NCBI GenBank assembly: GCA_010909165.1
Contig: VJWM01000025.1
Location: 1,922,001 to 1,986,000, forward strand
Direction of reading: 5' to 3'
Source of the DNA: Anthoceros angustus
Taxonomy: Eukaryota > Plantae > Anthocerotophyta
Length of the DNA: 64,000 bases
In this document: in pieces, positions 23,501-33,631 of the stretch
Layout: the number at the start of each line of letters is the position of its first letter
Position numbering within the stretch: the first letter of the stretch is position 1
The notes under the pieces: generated by a model
What the model saw: the letters and a program-made list of their open reading frames with translations, nothing else
The model's database searches: none
What the model was told of the DNA's origin: nothing
Program-made: the position numbers and the translations under genes

Positions 23501-24470
23501 GTGCTGGCTCCATATTCGGACTGCCTTGGATGTTTGCATCAACTGTTCCATCTCTGAGCCATGTGCGCAGTCTTGCAACAACCTCCAACTCAATTCACAT
23601 CAGGCAAGACTTCAACACTTCTGTTCAATCTCCTCTCAAGTCTTTCTGTTCACGTATCCATCATAACCCTGCTTCTGAAACCTGCCAAACAGTGGGGACA
23701 ATGCTGATTCTCCTGAAGAGGGAACTGTCTGTGTCCAAGAAAATCGCCTCACAGGCATACTTATACATGTAAGTCTGGACTCCATTGACAACTTGTCGCA
23801 GCTCTACTTGCATCCTCACAAGCTAATGTGTTCTCTTCGACTACGCAGGTCTGTGTTGGAGCATCCTTGTTACTCCTCTCCCTGCTCCGCTTGGTGCCAA
23901 CTCCGGTAAGCCAGAAGCTACACGTGGCATCATTTAACACTGCTTTCAGTTCCTTGCCGGTAAACAAAATTGGCTCGTCTGCTATGTAGGTCACGGATGG
24001 CATATTTCTCTACATGGGCTTCACCAGTCTCGCTGGGAACCAGTTCGTAGAGAGGTGAACACGCCAGTCACCAGAGCTGCAGCCCGTCCGTTCAACCTCC
24101 CATGTGCTTGAACTGCCCTAATTCGCTGCCTCTCTGCAGATTGAAGCTTTGGTTCTGCGATCCAGAGCTATATCCTCAGCACGACTTCATCGAATCGGTT
24201 CCCAGAAGCACTCTGCACAGTTTCACTGCTCTGCAGCTGGCTTGCGTGGCAGCGCTGTGGACTCTCAAGCACAGTGCTTGGGGTGCGTCTCACATACACG
24301 ATGTTTTCCAGTTTTTGTTGTGACATGCTGCTTTGCTTGCTGGCTCATGTGGCCACGTTTGTGCAGGCATCACGTTTCCTCTTCTCATACTGGCGCTGTT
24401 GCCTATTCGCAACTACATAGCTGGCTCGTTCGTGGCCCCTCAACATCTTGCTGTTGTGGACTCCCACTGA
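20138..24470 (+). CDS. SLC4 / anion-exchanger-type (HCO3-/borate family) transporter, multi-exon, with long N-terminal extension; internal 1.1-kb duplication
   Basis: Spliced exons give RRLPSYASDFADGLHPK..FFLYFACLAPCIAFGG, GQPLTLLGPTG, HFTRFTDETFSALIS, DQNITTRLINSPENHLKKGEGYHLDL, GLPWMFASTVPSLSHVRSL, VQENRLTG, GIFLYMGFTSLAGNQFVER and FPLLILALLPIR. Stop TGA at 24468-24470. Confidence 0.9.
21182..23425. repeat. Direct tandem duplication (about 1.12 kb unit) inside the SLC4-type gene
   Basis: 21182-22300 is about equal to 22301-23425. The junction lies in tttcttt. Each copy has different 1-bp homopolymer indels (ctcc/ctccc at about 21845 and 22960; tttt/ttttt at about 21478 and 22595). Confidence 0.92.
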
Positions 24471-24797
24471 TGTGAACTCGTACTTCGTATCCAGCACAAT
24501 TTATTCGCCATGGGCATTTCCATGACAAACAAACTTCACAATGATGAACAACAGCATCTCGTGCAAAGGCAAAGAGTAAACCGTCAACTGCAGGGCCCAG
24601 TCTGAACCTGAAACGGGAGTCCGTTGGCTAAGGGGAAAACGAATTAGTTAGACAGCAGGGCCCTCACAAACAACCAAAGCCCTGGAGACGTTCCACCGCT
24701 CCGTACAGCAGGCTGAATAAGTGTTGCATTCAAATGAGACGCTGGGGACAAAATTTCCACGGGCTTGAAACGACAGCCCGTGGGCACTGAGTAGAGG

Positions 24798-25378
24798 CTA
24801 ATCCTCATCCTCGGCCTCGTTATCGGCGATATTGAAGTATCGCAATTCATACATGTTCCTGTCTTTGTTGGAGGCAATGACTCGCAGCCAGTCCCTCACA
24901 TTGTGCTTCTTCAAATATTTCTTCGTCAAGTACTTCAGGTACCTACACACAGCCACCCAGGAGCCATGAGAACATACAACACCTAGCTAAAGTTCACACC
25001 CGAGTAGCAAACGAAACCCTGCCCATAAAAATGGCACGACAGGACATCCAGCAGCAGGCTCAGTCCCACCTACAGAGCAGGAGCCACCAGGAAACTTCAG
25101 AATCACCAACAGCGGAGCCTATCAACTAACCTCTTCGAGAACGCAGCTTCGGAGGTGACGCTAATCTTGTTGTTTTGACGCGCGATCGTGACGATGTCGC
25201 CAAGGACGCCCGCCTTGCCTCCAACCTTGATCCGCTCTTGCAAAAATTTCTCGAAGGACGCAATGTCCATGATCTTGTCCTCCACTGGCTTGCCGCAGTC
25301 AATGGTGAAGGTAGAGGCCCTCTTCTTACTCTTGGGGCCCTGGGCCTTCTTGGCAGCAGCCGCAGCGGGAGGCGCCAT
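24798..25378 (-). CDS. RPL22: 60S ribosomal protein L22 (eL22); exons 25378-25131 and 24942-24798
   Basis: [38 protein letters not shown]|[38 protein letters not shown]; GT-AG intron 25130-24943. Confidence 0.98.
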
Positions 25379-25436
25379 CGCTACAGAAAGCTCGGAAAAG
25401 AACTGTCAGGGAGACTTCGGTTCGATTATGTAGGCG

Positions 25437-25445
25437 TTAGGGTTT
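25437..25445. promoter_or_regulatory. Telo-box (AAACCCTAA) upstream of RPL22
   Basis: TTAGGGTTT at 25437-25445, about 60 bp upstream of the RPL22 ATG. Telo-boxes are typical of plant ribosomal protein promoters. Confidence 0.7.
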
Positions 25446-25790
25446 AGGGCTACGGCGTTAGGCATATGTACGCAGCCATACATACTTCCATGCACACATG
25501 TATAGATACAACAGATGTCGGGTTGGAGCCGCGCGAACAGTCACAGCCGACGGGGAACGTGCTAGTGGAAAGCGGCTGTTGGCAGGTTCAGAAAATGCGT
25601 ATCAGGAATCGAGACGTGTGGCTAAAGCAACAGCCTGTGTGGGCTTTCTTTGTGCTGCGCGGGAAAAGGAAGACTCCGTGGTGGAAGGGGTAGCAGAAGC
25701 ATGGAGGTTCTTTGAATGTTGTTGATGTCGGAAATGATCTCGTGAAGGAGGTTGTGCAGCGCACTTTTTGCTCCTCTGTCTGGGACGAGG

Positions 25791-27155
25791 ATGGTGTCGC
25801 AGGCTGGAGAGCCAAGCCAGGAAAGGTTGCTAGGTAGCGCACATGCGCAGCACTATTCCAGGTTCCAGGGTATCCATGACCCGGACGCGCACCTTAGGCT
25901 GGAAGCTTTTGCGGAATTGTCCCGGTATAGAGACATGGTTGAAAGAGTTACGAGCAGGCCATTGCAGTCTGCTGCCAACGTCTCTGGACCAAGTGAGTTC
26001 CGGAGCTTGGGAGGTAGGAATCTGCGGTACTACGATTGGTGTAAGCCCGCTGCCGTAAGCAAGTGCCTCATGCCGTGGGAATCCGTTCAACGTGCTATAA
26101 ACTACCTGCCACCCGCGGACTCCAGGTCTGTCATCCTGACTCCCGGTGGCCATGGCAATGACTTTTCTTATTTGCAGTTCAAGGAGCGAGAGAAACAGAG
26201 ATTGGGGATGGTAGATGATGATGGAACAAATGTGTTGAAGGAGGAGTGTAAGCCTTCAGGAAGAGGAGAGCCTATGTGGCAGTCACTTTTAGCACAGATT
26301 AAGAATCCTCAGAGAGAGGCTGAGGAGAAGCGGCTGGCTTCAGAGATTGAGTACACCCAACGCAAATTTGATGCCCTTCAACTTACAAGAAAAAACAGTC
26401 GGGTTTGGTCGACCGAGGCTAAGCCTGATAAGGCATTGGAGGGTGCATTTGATGCTCTATCAAGCGAGGCTGAGATGAGGGTGAACTATGCACTGAACTC
26501 CTCTTGTAGGCAGGCAGTACTGGTATTTCATGAGAACTCAAACATAGAGATTACCGGTGCAGTCATACGTTGCCTGTTACCCGGTGCTTGGCTGAATGAC
26601 GAGGTCATTAACCTGTACATGGAATTGCTGAAGGAACGGGAGTTGAGGGAGCCGAAAAGGTTCCTCAATTGCCATTTTTTCAACACCTTTTTCTACAACA
26701 AACTGTTTAAGGATAAGCAACGTTATGACTACAAGGCAGTTCGGAGGTGGACTTCTCAGAAGAAAATTGGTTACTTGTTATCGGAGTGTGATAAGATCCT
26801 TGTCCCTGTCCATCAAAACATCCATTGGTGCCTGGCTGTCATCAATGTAAAGGACAAGAAGGTGGAGTACTTGGATTCTCTCAAAGGGGGTGACCCAAAT
26901 GTATTGGAAGTTCTTTCACAGTACTTTGTCGATGAGGTCAAGGACAAGTCTGGTCGCCATGTAGATGTGAGTGACTGGAAATTCTCATCTCCTGATGACA
27001 TTCCTGAGCAGCTCAATGGGTGTGACTGCGGCATGTTCATGTTGAAGTACGCAGATTTCCACAGCCGAGGGGCGAGTCTATGCTTCTCGCAGAAGCACAT
27101 GGATTTTTTCCGGAGGAAAACAGCATGGGAGCTACTCCAGTTAGCCGCAAACTGA
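25791..27155 (+). CDS. ULP1: SUMO protease, peptidase C48 (ULP1/ESD4-like), single uninterrupted ORF
   Basis: WLNDEVINLYMELLKERE, FFNTFFYNKL, VPVHQNIHWCLAVIN, YLDSL and QLNGCDCGMF (His-Asp-Cys triad). First ATG at 25791; the true start could lie further upstream. Confidence 0.93.
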   Translation: MVSQAGEPSQERLLGSAHAQHYSRFQGIHDPDAHLRLEAFAELSRYRDMVERVTSRPLQSAANVSGPSEFRSLGGRNLRYYDWCKPAAVSKCLMPWESVQRAINYLPPADSRSVILTPGGHGNDFSYLQFKEREKQRLGMVDDDGTNVLKEECKPSGRGEPMWQSLLAQIKNPQREAEEKRLASEIEYTQRKFDALQLTRKNSRVWSTEAKPDKALEGAFDALSSEAEMRVNYALNSSCRQAVLVFHENSNIEITGAVIRCLLPGAWLNDEVINLYMELLKERELREPKRFLNCHFFNTFFYNKLFKDKQRYDYKAVRRWTSQKKIGYLLSECDKILVPVHQNIHWCLAVINVKDKKVEYLDSLKGGDPNVLEVLSQYFVDEVKDKSGRHVDVSDWKFSSPDDIPEQLNGCDCGMFMLKYADFHSRGASLCFSQKHMDFFRRKTAWELLQLAAN

Positions 27156-29452
27156 GCAGCAGATTCAGAGGCATGAATTGTAGCGCTGTTCCGCTCTTGA
27201 TGAAGTCCGAAACCTAATACAGTGTAGCGTCATTCTTGGACTTTTGGGGCCATGGAGGTTTCAGTCAGTTAGAGATGGAAGAAAGTAGGAAGAGATGCAA
27301 GTCCCGCCGGGTAACATGATATGGTGTTGAATGCTTTTTTCTGGCCCTAGAATGCATCCGGGCACATTTTCTCAGGTCCGCAGCAACAGATTAGAGAAGA
27401 AGAAGAAGGAGAGGCTTTTGTGTCGTAAACTTGCAATTGGAAGGTTGGAGCCTCGGATGCTCTGTAAGGGAGACATAGCAAGTTGAACACGACACAGTTG
27501 ATGGTTGCCCACCATCCTGTGAAGGATCAGCTTTAGTTTTCCTTCCTCCTTTGCCCACAGATGTGATCTTTCCTTGTTTAACATTTCATTCCAACCTGGT
27601 GAGAGTAAGATGCCCTAGGGTACCTAACAGCAAAAGGCGTGGTTGGAGCTACCATCCAATGTGAACGTAGCTGTCTAAAACTGGATCCGATAAGGTGAGA
27701 TCTCGACAGTCGGTATAACGGTGAGGAACATGCCTCTGATATGTCGATGAGGCTGGTTCACGACATTACTGATTAATTTGGACTGCCAGGAAGCATGTGC
27801 TTATGTGCGCCTTTGTTTCTGTACGCGTGAGAGGACTACTAATGCCAACTTCCTCTCTCCCCTGTCGAGGATGTGCTCTGATGTGTAATACAGAAACTCT
27901 TAGGCCTCTGATCTGGCGATTTTTGCTTTTGGCTGATGCGCGCTTACCCTGCGTGGACTGAGTGTGAGTTTTTATGTGTGCTAATATGAAATTGTAATAG
28001 CAGGGTGATCCGTGCCCTTTCACCTTCGTGGGGCTTTGTGCCTATCGGCTTTACCAGGTATGCAGGATCTTGGAGTGCAGCTGCACCAATCAACCGTCCA
28101 TCGGATCCACGTTTGCTGAATCCAAAGCTTTGTTTCCGATCAGCGAAGAGCAGGCTGACTATCCTCGTATGGCCAGGTCCGCACTCACTCCGGCTTCCTA
28201 GTATCCTACCTTAGTACCATCCCTCGCACTATACCTTAGTGTCTCCCCTTCCGTCCGACCAACTCTTCTGGACAGTTAAAGCTTCCCCCTCTGGAAGAGT
28301 AATTAGGGTTTTGCCCGTTGTGCGTCAGTTTTCGAGGCACTGGGCTGTTGGAACTGCAGTTGGGACGTGAGGATCGATCGGATTGATGCTGTTCGGCAGT
28401 GAGAATGTCACAATCGAAGGAGACGACCAGGCCACGGGTCGCTGCGGCGAGAATTTAGATGTTACAATTGTTGTCGGAGAGCAGAGGTAAGAAGAAGAAA
28501 AGAATTTTATTTAAGTCCACTAACGACGGATTTCCATCATGGGACTTAGGTACTTAATAACTTATACCATGGTGTGCTTAAGCTACTTGCACCAAGGGCA
28601 TCCACTCCCTTTAGGCACGCCATCTGTATCGATCTGAGCTCAGGATGCTTAATCACGACGTTCTTATAAATGTGTGTCCATTTGGCATAAGCCATTTGGA
28701 TCCTCATGGACAGAATCAGCCCTATCCGCAGTACTGGGTGAGTGAGAACTAAATCATATCACTTTTGTCCCAAGTTTCAATTTCGAACCTCAGTTTCGAA
28801 CCACTGTTGTTGACACGCCTGGTCTGAACCACATGCAGTATCAAACATCAAATATTATTATCACTTCCACATCTTACGACATCCATTGTTCTCTATTTGC
28901 CTCTGTGAAGTATGCAGTCAACATTAGACCCTACCATGATGAGATGCTAATTAGTAATAAAGATCGGGTTGAATGGTTGAATCAAGAGAATCTTTATCTT
29001 TTATCAGTTAACATGTATGTTCATTTAGTAGGAATTAATTTTACTCCTCCTTCTTATACTCCCTTTTACATATAGGGATCCTTCTTCTTACTATTTTTAA
29101 GTTTAGGGTTAGAATATAAGAAGTTATATTTTTCTAAAAACCTCCAATTTACAAATGATGAAAGACTGTCCACAACTTATAGGTCACGCACTGGAGCTTG
29201 TCTCCTCAACTACATCTTCACAAAGTGTAAAAATGAGCAAAGTTATTTCTTAGGTTGATATCATTAATAATCTTTGGTCTTGAAGCATTCATCTCCTTGT
29301 CCGCCATAATCACCACACTTTGGAGGTACATAAAGCTTTTCCACAAAATTCTTTTAGCAAAGGAGATTTTTATAATATTTTAAAAAATAATTTTGATCTA
29401 TATCTTATTATATAATATGTACAACAGACTACCTACTCTTCCTAACTACCAC

Positions 29453-30623
29453 TCAATATCTCAGCTCCCTATAGGTCATATTGTTCTTCGGAACCCTGGG
29501 TGTGTTTGTTTTGATGTTTTTGGATTTTACGGTATAACTTGAATCTTCTTCGCAATCACCGCTATCATTCACATTCTTTCGTCTTTTCCTAGTTTTCAGG
29601 TATTTGGATAACAAATGTTGTGAAGCTTCTTTATCCATCTTCTCATGTTCCCTACGAACAAACACTTTACCATGATATTCTAAAATTTTTAAATAAAGTA
29701 ATTGCTTCAAGCTTTCGTGAGATGCAAGATCTTCGAATTCAAACTCGTGAGAAATGTTCCGTTTTACACTAGAAGATCTTGGTTTTCCTTCAAAAAAAGG
29801 ATGTAATAAAGCTTCTTTAGCTGTGATTCTTTGGAAAGGATCCACAGCAAGAAGCTGCTTAAGTATTGATAAAACCACGGGATCTCACGCCGTCGATCTT
29901 CAAGGCACATTTTCAAACTTTTTGCTGTTATTGCCTGACCCCGTTTAAATAAACATCCACGTTGTAATATTTCTGCAAATATACAACCTACGCTCCAAAT
30001 ATCAATTGCTGCGTTATATGTTCTACACTCATCGGAACAAATTTCTGGTGCACGATAAGATTCAGTTCCTAATAAATAATCAGTAGGCAAAAGGATATTA
30101 TGTCGATTTTTCGGAATAACACAAGCTTTTCCGAAATCACATATTTTAAGTAAATAATTAGAATTCATTAATATATTTGATGGTTTCAAATCTCCGTGGA
30201 CAACATTTACCGCATGCAAATATTCCACGCTTTGAAGGATTTGATAAAGGAAATCTCGTTGTTGATCCGGAGTGAAGTTATGCATTCTTGCTAAAATAAT
30301 ACAAAAATCATCTTTCATCAATTCCATTACTATATATATCTCATCATAGTCTTCATTGGTGGGAGAATTATATCTTTAAATTGAATAACATGTCTATGTT
30401 GTAACAACTGGAGTAGTGTTAGCTCCCTTAAGGTGCTTAGAGTCTTACCTCTATTTACATGTATACCATCAATACGCTTTATAGCCACACGTTCACTTGT
30501 TGTCTTGTTCTTGCTTCATATACTTTTCCGAACGTTCCTTTGCCAATATATTTTAATTGTTTGGTATGAAGATTGATCACCATAACTTGAAAAAGAATTA
30601 ACTCGTTTGTTACTCCTCTTCAT
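29453..30623 (-). pseudogene. Frameshifted copy of the divergent MAPK-like kinase
   Basis: Near-identical to 30929-32101 but with several 1-2 bp indels. It supplies the in-frame C-terminus (..LYLKILEYHGKVF..KTRKRRK..). Confidence 0.8.
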
Positions 30624-30928
30624 TTTAAAGATTGAAAGTCACAAAGTGCCTTAGCGCGTGCCCAAAGATGCCATCTAAAATGCTCACAAAATTGAATGAG
30701 AGAACCTAGTAATCTTTTGACAATTTTTACTATAACATAGGTTATTTCCATACATATACTAACTCCTTCTTTGATACATTCTTATACATAGACCATATAT
30801 AGACCAACTCTTTATTTATACAACATTCTTATAGCAAAGGAGATTTTTATAATATTTTTAAAAATAATTTTGATCTATATCTTATTATATAATATGTACA
30901 ATGACTACCTACTCTTCCTAACTACCAC

Positions 30929-32101
30929 TCAATATCTCAGCTCCCTATAGGTCATATTGTTCTTGAACCACAGGTGTGTTTGTTTTGATGTTTTGGATTT
31001 TACGGTATAACTTGAATCTTCTTCAATCACCGCTATCATTCACATTCTTTCGTCTTTTCCTAGTTTTCAGGTATTTGGATAACAAATGTTGTGAAGCTTC
31101 TTTATCCATCTTCTCATGTTCCCTACGAACAAACACTTTACCATGATATTCTAAAATTTTAAATAAAGTAATTGCTTCAAGCTTTCGTGAGATGCAAGAT
31201 CTTCGAATTCAAACTCGTGAGAAATGTTCCGTTTTACACTAGAAGATCTTGGTTTTCCTTCAAAAAAAGGATGTAATAAAGCTTCTTTAGCTGTGATTCT
31301 TTGGAAAGGATCCACAGCAAGAAGCTGCTTAAGTATTGATAAAACCACAGGATCTACTGTCGCAAATCGATCTTCAAGGCACATTTTCAAACTTTTTGCT
31401 GTTATTGCCTGACCCCGTTTAAATAAACATCCACGTTGTAATATTTCTGCAAATATACAACCTACGCTCCAAATATCAATTGCTGCGTTATATGTTCTAC
31501 ACTCATCGGAACAAATTTCTGGTGCACGATAAGATTCAGTTCCTAATAAATAATCAGTAGGCAAAAGGATATTATGTCGATTTTTCGGAATAACACAAGC
31601 TTTTCCGAAATCACATATTTTAAGTAAATAATTAGAATTCATTAATATATTTGATGGTTTCAAATCTCCGTGGACAACATTTACCGCATGCAAATATTCC
31701 ACGCTTTGAAGGATTTGATAAAGGAAATCTCGTTGTTGATCCGGAGTGAAGTTGTCTGTTCTTGCTAAAATAATACAAAAATCATCTTTCATCAATTCCA
31801 TTACTATATATATCTCATCATAGTCTTCATTTGGTGGGAGAATTATATCTTTAAATTGAATAACATGTCTATGTTGTAACAACTGGAGTAGTGTTAGCTC
31901 CCTTAAGGTGCTTAGAGTCTTACCTCTATTTACATGTATACCATCAATACGTTTTATAGCCACACGTTCACTTGTTGTCTTGTTTCTTGCTTCATATACT
32001 TTTCCGAACGTTCCTTTGCCAATATATTTAATTGTTTGGTATGAAGATTGATCACCATAACTTCGAAAAAAAGAATTAACTCGTTTGTTACTCCTCTTCA
32101 T
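30929..32101 (-). CDS. Divergent intronless MAPK-like kinase (group D / TDY-derived), non-RD; one frameshift near the 3' end (about 31155)
   Basis: GKGTFGKV, VAIK, TLRELTLL, HGDLKPSNIL, ICDFG, TDYLLGTESYRAPEIC and YNAAIDIWSVGCIFAE. The layout follows plant TDY MAPKs. Confidence 0.85.
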
Positions 32102-33631
32102 TTTAAAGATTGAAAGTCACAAAGTGCCTTAGCGCTGTGCCCAAAGATGCCAGTCTAAAATGCTCACAAATTTGAATGAGAGAACCTAGTAATCTTTTTG
32201 ACAATTTTTTACTATAACATAGGTTATTTCCATACATATACTAACTCCTTCTTTGATACATTCTTATACATAGACCATATATAGACCAACTCTTTATTTA
32301 TACAACATTCTTATAGGTTGTTTCCATACTTAGACCAACTCCTTCTTCAACACATTCTTAATATGACATAGGATGTTTCCATATATAGACCAACTCCTAT
32401 CACAGCTACAGAATTTGGAAGGGCCTCCCCCTTTCCTCTGTGGTAGCTTTCTTTCGCCAGCGGGTTTCCATAGCTATGTAGAAAGCGCTGGCTAACGTTG
32501 TTTATAGGACGGCTACGTGCGCAGGACTAGCGGCTTCTTGAGCACCAGTGATAGGTAGGCCCTTCATCATCCTTGATCACGATATCATTGGTGCAATAGG
32601 TAGTTATGGGAAAGGCATTTGAGGGGACTAGGACTTCCTCTTTTACTATTAGCCCTGTTTGAGTTGTTCCTCCTCGGACTTCAGGGTAGACGAAATTTCC
32701 CATCTCACCTATTAATAACGTCTACTCTACTTCTTTATGTAACATAGGATTCTCGATGAAGAAGGTATTTTTTAGTTTAATAGTTTTTTTGTTTACTTGT
32801 GATTTTAGAGAGTTTGTTTCATGCAATAAAACTAATATAATAATATTATTTTTTAATCAAATAACTATTTCATAAGAATTAAATATTATTGTGCACCATA
32901 AATTTGTTCCAGCCCGTATACTCGCTGAAATATTACATCGTGGACATTTATTTGAACTATGAGTTCTCGTAAGTACATAGAGTTTTTTATAATAATGAAT
33001 TTCCAAAAACTAACTCTCAAGCCTCTGATCCAATGCCCATCACTCTAAGAAAACAGTTTCATGGAATGACCACCACACGCAATGATGCATATAGTGAACT
33101 TCTGCCAGCAAAGAAACGATACGTCCTTCCTACTTCCTATACCATACCCTTATTTATGCGGAATGCATGTGTATTATACACAAAAGAGAAAAATAACAGA
33201 CCGGCCTCTTTTTGTCTTTGTTTTTTGCTACACCATACATGGCATAGCAAGGGAGTCCTTGGAATCAACTTATATCTTAAGATTTTATCTACCAACGTAA
33301 ACAAAGCAACAAAAAGGACGTTGCCTCCACGTGGAACGAGGTGGAGGTCTGGCGGGTCAAAGCACAATCGCACAATCCGTGTCGTGAGCTCGAATTCCCG
33401 CGCTGCGTTCAGGGTTCAGCCGAGCAGTTGATGAAGCGGAGCGTGAATAGCCAGCCGGAGGTGCGACGAGTGGGCCCGAGGATTAAGCTATGGTCCTGGT
33501 GGGACCTCGTTTGCGCGTTCCTGCATGTCTGGCTGGCAGGAAGTGGAATGAACGTAGCAGAGAGGCGGGACTCGGGAGGATGCAGCGGAGGAATCCGATC
33601 ACCATGCTGTAGCCGAATGTGAGAGCAGACG

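Larger units (their letters stand above)
29350..32315. repeat. Direct tandem duplication (about 1.48 kb unit) within an AT-rich island
   Basis: agcaaaggagatttttataat starts at both about 29357 and about 30833. The copies differ mainly by small indels. Confidence 0.9.

Noticed and set aside
20138-24470. Annotation as BOR1 borate exporter
   Set aside because: The signature motifs match the anion-exchanger branch better, so no BOR symbol was given.
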